Positions 25,953 to 38,145 of a stretch of 64,000 nt of DNA are shown in pieces (the first letter of the stretch is position 1; every line of letters begins with the position of its first letter). Where the stretch lies: NCBI GenBank assembly GCA_964187785.1, contig OZ076410.1, forward strand, positions 49,848,001 through 49,912,000. Reading direction: 5' to 3'. The position numbers were made by a program, and so were the translations under genes. The notes below the pieces were generated by a model. The model was not told the origin of the DNA and searched no databases. It saw nothing but the letters and a program-made list of their open reading frames with translations. This stretch comes from Amphiscolops sp. MND2022. Its lineage: Eukaryota.

Positions 25953-26400
25953 GTTCAACAGGGAAATTGATTCAGCGTTGAATCATTTTCCAAAGCGGAG
26001 TCAAGCCATTTTTTGTCAGCGAAGATCAACGCGCTAAAAGAACATTGCACTTCCCAAATTCCTTTATTGCCCAGCCAATGGGAAAAAGCAACGCATCAGA
26101 ACAACTGTACTGAGCTGGATAAAGAAATATTTATTCCAACGCAGAACACAGAGAAGGCAATAGCTCTTATTTTCTCTCTTTCTTTTCTTTCCTAGCTCTC
26201 TGAAATTGAACTTCGCTAAATTTCGCTGACATTGCGTCCATAATTTTGAGTAGCTCTGAAAATCTTGAGACTTGGAAAATTATTCTGGTAAACACCATTC
26301 CCTAATATATTTTCTCTGTTTAACAACTTTTTTAGACTTATCGCAAAGTTAGGAAGCGAGTTCCAAGTAACTAAAATTCAACGGTGTGCAAGATGACAGA
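25953..26400 (+). repeat. Probable 3' LTR (ends approximate)
   Basis: Homologous to 16681-17150; contains a CCAAT box (gcccagccaatggg). Confidence 0.55.
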
Positions 26401-26542
26401 AAATGTTGATGCTTTCTGGATTCTCTGTTGTATTCGACTTTGATCAAACTGTTTGAAAGATTCAAGAATGATTTGGCGGTAATTTCAAGCCGTACTGCAG
26501 TTTCCATTCTGCCTTTCAAAACACAAATTAGCCTGCTGTTTG

Positions 26543-27052
26543 AACAAGCCGGGAACGGCCCAAGTTGGCGTCATATCTGAGGCTCAAAAATAGCAAAAGG
26601 ACTTCAATGTGCCAAGTATTCTTTTGTACCCGGAAAACTCAAAAGTTAGACCAAAGTGGCGCGCTACAAGGGGGATTATTTGAAGACTATAAAAATTCAG
26701 CGAAGAAAGTCGCACAATGCCGAATAAAAGTGAAAGGGTCCTCTTTAGAATTTTACAACATCCATTTTGTCGCAAAATATCAAGAAAAGTGAGAGGGAGA
26801 CCATTTGGAGAGAAAACTTTTTTTTCGAAAACAAAGTCCCACAATGCTGAAAAAGCTGAAAAGGGGGACCCTTTAGTCTCGCCTGGTAGTGAATGTTATA
26901 TCCAAACTTTGAAAACGTTATATCCGAACTTTAAAAACGTTACATCCGAACATTGAAAACGTTACATCCGAACTTTGAAAACGTTATAACCGAACTTTGA
27001 AAATGGTACATACGAACTTTAAAAACATTACATCCGATCATTGAAAACGTTA
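26543..27052. mobile_element. HINE-like element, copy 3 (truncated, with minisatellite)
   Basis: AACAAGCCGGGAACGGCCCAAGT start; homologous to copies 1 and 2. Confidence 0.55.
26892..27052. repeat. 22-bp minisatellite, ~7 copies
   Basis: Consensus AAACGTTACATCCGAACTTTGA in head-to-tail array without spacers. Confidence 0.95.
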
Positions 27053-28177
27053 TTTTATTTGTCTTGAAAAGAGTAAAAAGAGAATTCAGTTCTTATCAAA
27101 CCTTGTTTCCAAAATTATTCATTTCAAAATTGTTTTGCGACAGAAATTATTTAACGACAAAAATGGTGCTTGCCTGAAGTGTTTTATTTCAAATATAGTA
27201 ATGTAGAGGATAGAAAGATAGGTGGAGGAAATATGCGTTAACTGTTTTCTGATCATTAGAGGGATGGGTTTTCGTTGAAACTACTTTGTTCCTTCTTCAT
27301 GTTCAAGCAATTGTGTTTCGTACGTGTAGTTTTTTCCAAATGCCGTCTCATCAGTTCAAAGATTTTCAATTTCCAGAAAATTTCTCGCGTGTTGGGGGGG
27401 GGGGAGGAGGAAAAAGTTTCAAAAGGCTTCCTAAATTTGAACGAAAAGTATTGCAGTGTCACTGCGTAATCCTACATCGTTTGCCATCAAATGTTGTTTC
27501 AGAAAATTACCTTGCGTGCAGGCCTGCTACATGTGAAATGTTCCAGCAGTTTCGACTAGTGTAAAAACTAGTGATAAGTAATACACAAAGCCACTAAAAG
27601 TCTCACTCACCGGTTATCGTGAAAATATTTTCGAAGAATACAGCATGAAAGAATGGTTCCCTCAAGACGAAGTTTTGAATGACTGATGACTCAAAGTTAT
27701 ACCAAGTTTCCATGCTCTTACGTAATCATAACGTCTAATTGCAATGAGTAAGTACTAAACACAATTGAAGATGTAGGTTTAATTGAAAAGTTACCAGTTA
27801 TTTTTGGCCCCCATCAGGTAAATTGAAATTTAATGAAAAAATTGGACAGAAAGTGTAAAATCTAAACAAGAAACGTTCAGTTTCTAATTTAATTTCAAAG
27901 TGACATCCGGAGATACCTGTACTGAACACAACAAAAACTGCACAACCAGCTTGAAACAAAGTTTTGCGGATCTATGTTTTCAAGACAGTTCAAAGGAGAT
28001 TTGAACCTCACCCATTCTGTTGTTGTAGGTTGAAGGGTTCACAGGGAACAAAAACAGCCAAAATTGTGAAATCAAGGCAGAGTATAAGTCAGCAAGTTGA
28101 ACCTTTATCCATTCCTGGCTAAGATCTTGCAAAGATCTTGTCATGGCATGCATGTTGCTATGGTGAAACCTTTTGTA

Positions 28178-29195
28178 GTTGAAACTGCTTGTACTTTTTG
28201 CATGTACTTTAATGTTGCCAGCAACTTTTATCATGATCTTGTAAAAACATTTATCAAGCTGCTTGAAAGATTCATCAACGCTTTGCGGCAATTTTAAGTC
28301 ATGAATTCGGTTTCATTAAGCAGCATCTATAATTTTGAAAAGAATTGCTATTATTTTTACCACTAATTTAATGCAAAATAACTTCAGTCGCGTAATAACC
28401 TGCAAATTAGCGAGAAGTGTTGAGAACATCAGATGCGAAGCTGAGAAAACAAAGTGTGAATACAAACTGATCGTGTCGGTCATGTAGTGGAATTCATTTT
28501 CAAATTCAATTACAGGAGTGGAACATGCAGTGTAATTGTGCATGATTTAGCACCGGACGTTCGCTGAATTTTATAGGTTTTATAAAAAAAACTACGCTGC
28601 ATGCAGGCCTGCAGCATGTAAAATTTCCTGCAGTTTCAACTACCCTAGTTGAGAGTGCTGGAGCTTTTTACATGATGCAGGCCTGCATGCAGGGTAATTT
28701 TTTTTATAAAACTTAGAAAATTCAGTAACGTTCATGTGGTAAATCATGTAGAATTACACTGCATTTTCCGCTACTGCAATTAAATTTGAAAATATTCCCC
28801 CTTCTTTTACAGACAAGATCACGTTGTATTCACACATTGATTTCTCAAATACTCATCTGATTTAATCACCGCGTCTCAAATAGGATGCTGAAGATGACGC
28901 TAGTTTGCTGTTTACATTGTGAATGAAATTAATTTGCTTTAATATGGCGGCAAAATTGTTGAGGTCTCAGCTGCATTTAAAATTAGAATTGATGCAAATT
29001 GAAACTTGCAGAACTTCACAGCTTGAAATTGCCGCCAAAACTTTGATGATTCTTCAAAGCAGTTTGATAAAAGTTGGTGACAACAGGGAAATATCAACGC
29101 AATAAAGTTTCCGTGAGATATTTAGATTATCATAATAAAAGTTGCTGACAACATTAAAGTACATGTAAAAAAGTTCAGTTCAAGCATGTTCAACA
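28178..29195. mobile_element. ~1-kb imperfect palindrome (foldback/MITE-like)
   Basis: Arms are reverse complements, e.g. 28201 catgtactttaatgttgccagcaacttttatcatga vs ~29130 tcataataaaagttgctgacaacattaaagtacatg; centre tcaact-accct-agttga at 28636-28652. Confidence 0.8.
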
Positions 29196-29579
29196 AGGGT
29201 AGGGTTATCAAGACAAGCATATTTCTTAGTAAATTTCTCGAGATGGTAGGAAAAACATTGCCAACAATTGCGTGATAGCGAGAAAAAAGCAAAATCAAAA
29301 ACTGTCCGTTTAAAATTTTGAATGGTAATTTGTAATGTAATTTAAAATTCACAAAAAATATAAAAGTACACATATGAAATAAGCTTTACAACTTTTGAAA
29401 AAGATTCGAAGCTTGCAAGGAATACTTCTTTGACATCGAATAATTTCAAGAACTAGGTCATCTATTTCTCAAATGGTCTCGAAGCTGGGCTTTGTTCAGA
29501 AAACAAGTTTGGAAAAAAATCTCATTCGATCATTGATCAGTGTTTGTCAAAAAATGCACAGATTAGTTACTCTAGCGTG

Positions 29580-30800
29580 ATGAAAGTAGTTCCACGAGAA
29601 GGCACCAGGAGTGCACCATACAATGGCATTCAAATATTATGCGAGTACATCGAATGGTTATATTCATTGGTTATATTCACCAGAGATATTAATTGCCAAA
29701 TGGATGGAAATAGGATTTCAAACTGCACTGTAAATGTTTCTCACGAAATACGACTTTATTGGAGACTGTTCTGGTCGAACAGTCGGGCACTGGTACATAA
29801 ACAAGTGCCTCGGGTATCATTTAGAATAAAGAGTTTTTATTGCATCAGAAATGCTCTCGAAGATTTTGGCCTTAGAAAACCAACTAGTCTAAAATGTCAC
29901 ATTCGAGCCATGAACATTTTTTGTCGAAAAAAGACTAAGTAGCATATTTAGCAAGGTAAAGTAGTTCCAGGAGAAGGCACATGGGTGTAATAGGAAAAAG
30001 TATTGATATTTCCTGCAGGTAGCTTGACTGTTGTTTGGAGATACAGCTATTTGTTGTGAAGTGAGATTATAAGCTCACCTCATCAAACTTCCCACAAAAA
30101 AAGACTATGATGGAGCCTGCAGGTATTCAATTTCTTGTGCAGTAGAACTGAAGCAAATGAAGGAGACATTTTATTGTGGACGAATTTTTACTCCACCAGG
30201 ATTAGCCTCGAAGATATTGGACAATGCAAACTAAAGAGGTTAAAATTTGAATTGAGATCAAGGGACATTTTAATAAAAATTCGTACACAGTACTTACTTT
30301 AGCGAGATGAAATTAGTTCCACAAAAGGGCCCCTAGGAGAAGTACCATAAAAAGTACTGGTTAATCATGCCAATAAAAAGTACTGGTTAATCATGCCAGT
30401 ACCTCGAATGTTTTCGAAGCTGATAATGGCCTTCTGGCTGGCAATAGGATTGTTAGCTCAAGATACCAAGCCGTTTCCACAAAAAAGTTTATGGTAAGCT
30501 CACTTTATCCATCTTTCAACATCAAAACATTGGCTATTGCCACGGGCATCACTCAGAGCAAGCAGTTTCGCTGCATCAGAAAAGTGTTTGATGATATAGG
30601 CCTTAGAAATCCAAATAGCCTAGAACGACGCCGTTGATCAAGAAACATTTTCCATCAAAAATTGCACGAAGTAGCAACGTTAGATGGAAGTTGTTCAACG
30701 AGAAGGCCCCGGGAGTGCCTCATAAAAAATATTTATTGCTTGTTCTGGTAGCCTAAAATCTTGAATGGTTCCAACGATAGTAGGAGGCAACTGATTAGAA
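29580..30800. repeat. Diverged tandem repeat, ~370-bp period, ~4 units
   Basis: Recurring agt(a/t)gttcca.gagaaggc.cc...gagt.c..cata block at ~29585, 29960, 30315, 30690; perfect 26-bp duplication at 30347-30398. Confidence 0.6.
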
Positions 30801-31447
30801 ACTGGTGCTCAGGTTCGGACTATCAAGATTTAAATATAGGAAGCTTCTTTGCTGGGACACATTCGTGGTAAAAACTTCGTCCATTGGCAAGTAGCCCAGA
30901 GTCATGCTATGAACAAACGAAACGCATAACTATTATAGAGGACCAGAAATAAAGATCAAAGTTGAAACAATTGGTCAAAGTAACATTGTTTGGCAAAAAA
31001 ATGTCACTGTATTTCGAATAGCAATGTGAAGTTCCAGCAAATATGATAAATTGCGGTGTATAACCAATACCGCACATTCTCTTGTCACCAAAATTACCGT
31101 GATATGTACAAGTTTTTTTGCTCAAAAATTTGAGTGATGGAGAGTTGCAACTGAATAAACCTTTGTGATTTGAAAAACTTAGTGAAATAGATGAAAAGGT
31201 CCAAAGATGCAGTATATTGCTGTCCTAGAAGCCGCAGCAGAAAAATGTTATTGCAAAAACCTTCCAACAAAATCTGCACACCTCTTAAAATTTTCGGCAT
31301 ATCCGTATGGTTCTTCAAGATTAAGTGCAACGATCTTTGCAGTACCATCCCGCTAAAAAATTCTGCAGATCTGCCAATTTTGGTAAAACTCAAAGGGGGT
31401 ATTCCTTTCTACTTGGGATTTATTTCAGTAGCGTGATGTAACGGAAA

Positions 31448-31660
31448 CCTCTGGTACATCAAAATCAGCCACTTTTGAAACTTCGATATGTTCAGAAAAG
31501 TTGCCAAAAATTCTGATTCGATGAGTGACGTGGCGTTGATCTTGAGTTTTTTTCGCTCTTTTCGCCATTTCCATGGCAAAACAAGAATGAGAGCAGTCCG
31601 AACGAGAACACAGAGAACGATTTGGCCTGAAAGCCCACAAAGACTGTAAAAACTCAATGA
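31448..31660. repeat. Dispersed repeat, homologous to 37335-37445
   Basis: cctctggtaca.caaaatcagcc.cttttgaa.cttcga and gagaacacaga.aacgat shared. Confidence 0.7.
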
Positions 31661-31819
31661 AAATTCAGTGGGCGTATCATTCACCTTCGAGAAAAGTCGT
31701 GGGCGTAATCAAGTCGAGAAAAGCGTCTCGACGTTTCGTTTGAAGAGCCGAAAATCCAAAACTGCAGGACTGACAGTCCCTCATACTTAACGAACACAGC
31801 TATTCGGAACTAAATTCAG

Positions 31820-32678
31820 TGTTACGGCTAGTGAGGCAACGCGTTGCACCTATTTTGCCTGCCGTAACGATCTTTGGAGTGAACCTCCTGCCAATATGTG
31901 AAAAAAATAAAGATCAAGTAGGCCTTCGAGCTTCTATCGGACTTATGCAACAGCATTGTGGGTGCATGTTGGCAATGACTATCAGGTTTGCTGTCCACGG
32001 GTACAGTCCTCTCTGACTAATAGAAGAAAACAGACTGCAGAAAAAATGCGTCGAAGGTTTTTGAAATTGCCTCAGTCAAAGAGTGGGGCCAAAATGCTGC
32101 CCACTCTTTTATTTTGTGCTGATTGGTGTACCGTTGCGGAAAAAAAACAAGCTTACTAGCTCTTCGCAGTGGACCGGGATATCTGTCGACACATGATACA
32201 CAGTGATACGGAACGTCTATACTGTGCTGAAAGAGACCTGGTCACTCACGTCTAAATCGGTATATCAGCATACGTGGGGCTGTGTGGTTGAATTTGGGGT
32301 TCATCCAACATTTGTAGCGTGAGCATGACACATTTACGTTCTTTCAAGCGGGTCAAGAATTAAGGACCTTAGGAACCTAAATCGACACTTCTCGGACGTG
32401 CATATTCATTGTTTCAATTGAAGGTTTCACCGGGACGTAAACTTGGAAAGTGAGTTTGAAGGCAAGTTTTTATGTTGGAAACCTGCGGAACCCCGTTAGT
32501 GTGACCTCCCATTCGTGAAAACTTAATTGTACATGTGAGTTTCGATAGGTATCGAATGAGCTGCATGCTGGATCATAATGTTTTGCTACTTACAGTTGTG
32601 ATATACTCTGTATTTTACCGAGTTGAACCATATTTTACCGAGTTGAACAAAAATCGTGTGTACTAAGACACCGTGACA
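31820..32678 (+). repeat. Candidate LTR followed by decayed gag-like sequence to ~34000
   Basis: TGTTACG...CGTGACA terminal inverted ends; no partner LTR or clear PBS found. Confidence 0.35.
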
Positions 32679-35600
32679 CTGAACTGCTGCAAGAGATCTA
32701 AATCTTGACCAGTCGATCGAGCCTCAATTTGCTATTTTGGCTGTGTACCTGGCTGTGTGTGGGACGGTGTGACTACTTTTTAGTCTAATTCTACGTTTGC
32801 AGGATTTGTACAAGATACTTGCTGGAGTATATCAGCTTCGCATGTATGCTTTTGTTTTTCAAACCTGTGTGACTGACTTAACGTGGTGTGATGTGTCTTG
32901 CCGGGAACAATTTCATTGAACTGTTTTTGACTGTGCTGAGACACAAATTTTGACAAAAACCTGGAACAACTATCAGGAAGACGAACAACATAAAATCTAA
33001 GTACAGAACGCGAGACAAAAGACTTTTAATTTCCTGCTAAAAAGTCTGTTATACTTTCTTGGGTGCAAATGACCGTAATCATAAAATTAAAAACTTGCCG
33101 GCAGAAGTTACGTTTTTGACTCCCCTGGTACGTTAAGTTTGCTTCTGGCCAAGCCAAAATTGGATATTCTAAGTGCCTGCGATGCACTCCGGACAAAATG
33201 TTACAAAGATAACATCTTTTGGCGTTAAAGGTGGAGCCTCTGCAGGGTTTGAGCATCAAAAAACCGGACCTAAGGAGCCAGACTCACCCAAAATTGGGTG
33301 ATTTTGTGTGGAGCAACCTCTTTGGGATAATAGTTTGACCGCAATGCCCGAATCCAAAACCTTTCAATTGCTTTTTTGTCCCAATTATGCGTTATTGTGC
33401 AAGGTGAAGTATCATAATCACCAAAAAATACGTCAGTTCTGCCAGGAACGCTTTTGGGTAATTGCAACATACCCGAATTCAGTGAGGTTGAAATGTCAAC
33501 AGACGGCTCGACGGTTTGATGGTGCAAACAGTCCAACACTGCTGAAGCAAATTGCTTGCGAGAAATATTTTTCAGCCCAACGAGTAGCGTAGAACGTCTG
33601 GTCATGACCTGGAGATTAATTGACCTGGAGTACGAAAGGACTCCAGTGATGTTAGTTGAGGCTATCTGAAGCCGAGGTGAATCGTTCGAAAACGTTTGAA
33701 CGTCTCCGTTTGTTTTCTGGTGTTGGGAAAGGGAACCAGTGAAGCACAACGTATGGATTAACCGGCGGTGAAGCTCGAAATTGAACCCTGATGACGCATC
33801 AAACACTAAAGTGTGGAGGATCTGAACGAGGAAGACTGACGTTCGGGAGGCAGTTTCAGAGTTGTCTCTGACTTTTCAGTCTTGATGATAGGTAGCTCGC
33901 GAGAGAGAGACAAGAGCATTCAGCTCCAGTTCCACATCATCGAGAACAACATCTATCCACAGGGCAGGACCGAAGATTACTGGAGCAATAAACCTGTAAG
34001 TGAATCAACAGGTTGCTGAAAAGAAGAATACTCCAGCAAAAATGCTAAAAACAGGTGCGGGCGACGATTGTTGCTATTCCAATGCAACAGGACGAACCCG
34101 TGTTCCTTGAAAGTGCCATGACCAAACTACGAAACGACACCAATGTAAAGCTGATGAAAGCGTCCACAAAAGATTTGAGGGTAGACAAAATGTTTTTGAA
34201 CAATACATCCATTGGCATGGCTGATACGTCGCCTGTGGATCAGACTGCTTACGACGGTTGCTCGAGAGCAATCGTGGTGATTGTGGCACAAAATATGATT
34301 TGATATCTCCCGAACAGTCGAAATTGACTGAGGCGATATCCAAAGCCATGTCCAACAAACCACATACAGGGGTTCGGAACACGGAACTATTGGTGAAGGG
34401 TTGCTCGTGATGAAACGGTATTTGGAGCGAGTATGTTTGGGGTCTTCACCTTTTGACAAAGCGTGGTCGGTAATAGATTTACGCAGGTCAAAGAGGCAGG
34501 ATTTCAAGCTGCGAAACCAACTAGAAAAAGAAGACCTTGCGGTTCACCAGACAAAAAATTCAAAGGAATCATCATCAAAACAACAACCTCATTAACAAGC
34601 GTGTACCGAATATGTATCCTATCCGTTGCCACAAGCTGAACAGGTGCCGGTGGCACAAGTGGCTCTGCAGTCTGAATTGGCAACTTCCCTTGCACACCAG
34701 CCTACGCGTATGCCGAGAATGACCGCTGCGCCGGTGCCCACAAACCCTCTATTCAGACAGGCCACAGCCTCAGCGCCAGTAATCAAAATTCATTCATTTG
34801 AATGTGACTTTTCACAGAAAAGAAAATCTGATCATGCCAGGAAACATGATTTATATCACCTGATTCTAATTTCAATTTCTGAATTTAGGTAATGAATTTC
34901 GTTTCTTATGAAATAATTTTATCTGAACTTCTCCCTTTTTTATCTGAATTCATCCGTGACTTGGATAGGTCAGACTGGATTCATTTCATCTGAATTAATA
35001 ATTTGAGATGAAGGATGATCCAATTTAAGGGCAAATTGAACTTTTATTGAAGTTTTGAGAATGGAATTGAAAAAACAATTTCCAATCGTGAGTTGAATCT
35101 CGATGTTTCAATTTATTATAAAATCAAACAGAACATTTGCATTTTTGACTTTCTAAAATTGATATAATAGACTGTGTCTTCCCACAGAGGGTGAATTACC
35201 AAACAAAAGCGGACCTCAAAAGAGATGCAGTGGCGCAGTGATCTTTCGATTTGGGCTCCTATCGTTGTGAAGGGGATAACAAAAAGGTCTTTTGAGGAAT
35301 CGATATGAAGAAAATCTTCATCAGAGTTGTCTACAAAAAGTCACCTAGCCAGTGTGATGTTGACGGGGATCGATCCGGTGGTCCTAATGAACACATCTAG
35401 CTCCGAAAACCCACGGGAAATATTAACTGCGCCACCATCCCCATTATGAAGTTGCATTGGACACAAATACAAAACTTTGGAAATCCCTGGCGAGAAGTAT
35501 CAATCAGTGATTATTGAAGGAAATAGAGTGCAAATGAAAACATTTTCGGCCGAATCGTGGGTCAAATTGTGAAGCTTTAATTGATTCTGAAGTTCATACC

Positions 35601-37134
35601 AGTTCTGCCCAATGGCAGATCATACCAAAAATCAAATCATGCAAAATATCAAAAGTAAAACATTTCATTCACCTGATAGTTCATTCAGCATGATAGTTGT
35701 TTTCTCTCGTGAAGGTCGTTGAAAAAAAGCCACAATCCACCAAACTGATAAATAGTTTCCAGACGCAAGTTTAAGTCGAACTTCAAATTGTTATGCGAAG
35801 CTAATCTGAGATGACGAGATAGGAATTTTCGTTGAATTCCCAAATGACGTAGGAGCAAATAACATAAGAACTAGCTCAGTTCTCAGATAACATAATATTG
35901 AAAAGAGTTTCACTAAACAAAAAAATGAAGTTGTTTACGAGATCGTTGCAGTGGTCAGAAGCGTTCAGAAATCAAAAGATACTCTTGAAAAAGTATGAAA
36001 ATTATAGAAAAATGTGAAAATGTGAGTTCGATTGTTCAACCGGGTCTTCGTTTTGTTTTCATGTTATATGAAACAAAACTCATTTTTATGGTAGAGTGGA
36101 CTAATCGCGTGTTTATGTTCTTTGCTGGTATGCTTAGATTGCATTCATTTCATCTGAATAATTAAACTCACTTCAGAACTTTTCTGTTAATAACCCCCAC
36201 AGTAAATTTTAATTCCCCACCACTATCTAATTTCACTTCTTAACTGGTAGGGGGTGTTACACACGTCGGAGGAATCAATAAAACAGATCCTTCGTTTCAA
36301 CTATCGAACATTTCATATTGTTCTAGTGGAAAATAACGTTTTATTTTGTACTGGCTAGGTCTAATTTTCCAGGCAGAAAATATTGCATGCAGAAGAATTG
36401 TCATTTTCTATTTACTTCCAGTTGATCTTCTATCTATTTCCAAATGAAAAGTGACATAATCGCTCAAAGTATTTATATTCATATAACAGGTATTGGATCA
36501 GACTTTGTTTCTTATCAACATCATCCCCCTCCGCCCACGTATACCTTGCTTCGTAACCCCTCAACATCTCTGGAACAAGTTAAAATAGTCTAGAAAGGTA
36601 TCTATATTTCTGCTAACTTATCCCGCCGAATAATAGAATAAGCAACTTTTGACTGTGAATCATTGTAAAGGATTGCATAATGTCGATATCAATCATTTTA
36701 TGATTGGGAGATACGAAACAATTTCTACACCCCCCGCCACAACCACAGTTTTTTCAAAGGAAAAATCATGAATTGTTTTAAACTGGACTGAAGGGGAATC
36801 TTCCAAAAGGGGCATTTAACTTCCATTAGAATAGTTTTCGTTTGAACAAATAACATTTCACTTTTTTCACAATAAATATGTTCGAACTAAATGTTTTTGT
36901 GGTGGCGGGTTTTCTGCTCGGAACACTTTCTGTTTACTGAAAGGACACTGTACTGGCTACATCGGGAAGTCTACACGTTATTCAAGCTCGTTTATCGTGT
37001 TTACCCTTTTGCTATGGTAACCGTTTCGAGAATTCAAACCCAGTCACGTGACCAAAAAGGCTTGAAACAAACAAAGTCAGTTTAAAACAACAATAACGTG
37101 CTCGACGTTTTCAATAAGGCACCCCGTTTGGATT

Positions 37135-37334
37135 NNNNNNNNNNNNNNNNNNNNNNNNNNNNNNNNNNNNNNNNNNNNNNNNNNNNNNNNNNNNNNNNNN
37201 NNNNNNNNNNNNNNNNNNNNNNNNNNNNNNNNNNNNNNNNNNNNNNNNNNNNNNNNNNNNNNNNNNNNNNNNNNNNNNNNNNNNNNNNNNNNNNNNNNNN
37301 NNNNNNNNNNNNNNNNNNNNNNNNNNNNNNNNNN
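37135..37334. other. Scaffold gap (200 N)
   Basis: Run of N. Confidence 1.
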
Positions 37335-38145
37335 CCTCTGGTACAGCAAAATCAGCCGCTTTTGAACCTTCGACGAAATCAGTTGAGCGAGAACACAGAA
37401 AACGATATTTCCTGAGGGCCCGTATCGACTGTGAAAACTCATAAACAGACTCTTTTTGAGGTGCTAGCCCCGGTTTTATTGATGTAGTGAGAACTGTAAA
37501 ATGAGTCTTTTTGCCTAGTTTAGTACTTGAAGTCCCTGCGCCAAAGGTTTTAGCTGCGTTGCCTGCCAAAATTATGCGTGCTTTGATGTATTTTCACTGT
37601 TTTTGCTAGCCCGAGAGATAGTTAGGCCTTGAACTTTAGAGAGTCAGGAAGATGCTCTTCACTTTTAGCAATCAAAGACTAGGACCGGTTGGACAGTATT
37701 CGTCGAAGCACCCACGGCCCCTAGACGTATTTCATCCCTGGAAGCAAAATGGATATATGGCGATGGTCTTTTCCGAGGAAATTTACTATATTCTGCAAGA
37801 TCCTCCACGTCAGTTAACGCGTCAAGCGACCGGTAACAGCTTGCCGTTACACGAGGTTTGTTTGTTGCAACTCTGATTGTTCATTCGAACTTTCGTTTGT
37901 CACATTGGGCTATCGGGGAGTTGTGTGTTCGTTTAGTGAACATCTTCCAGTCGCGCAGTAAAGTTCTATATTGGTTCCAGATAGATTAACTATTCTTGAA
38001 GGCAAGTTTTCTACTTTTAGAGTATCCTTTTGATTAACCTCTGTGTCTTTCATTCTCTTCGAAGCATTGTTATCATTTACGTCTTTCAAGTCTCAAATGG
38101 AACTCTGTGTGTAAACTAGTAGCCTGAATGTATGACAAACATGTC

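Larger units (their letters stand above)
16681..26400 (+). mobile_element. Old Ty3/Gypsy element with gag-pol and a third ORF, bounded by probable ~470-bp LTRs
   Basis: Direct repeats 16681-17150 and 25953-26400 (~70% by eye); internal CCHC, RT, RNase H and integrase remnants; many stops. Confidence 0.7.

Noticed and set aside
26892-27052. 22-bp repeats as a CRISPR array
   Set aside because: Units are directly adjacent with no unique spacers, there are no cas genes, and the context is eukaryotic
27255-27360. Hammerhead-ribozyme-like CTGATGA...GAAAC on the minus strand
   Set aside because: Stem II is poorly paired and stems I and III cannot be closed around a valid NUH site
33270-33806. 178-aa minus-strand ORF as a host gene
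   Set aside because: No recognisable domain or splice context; it lies within probable decayed retroelement sequence
36245-36262. GGTAGGGGG|TGTTAC as PPT plus 3' LTR of the 31820 element
   Set aside because: Downstream sequence shows no homology to 31820-32678
37077-37569. ORFs 37077-37442, 37098-37415 and 37111-37569
   Set aside because: They span the 200-N gap and are artefacts as called
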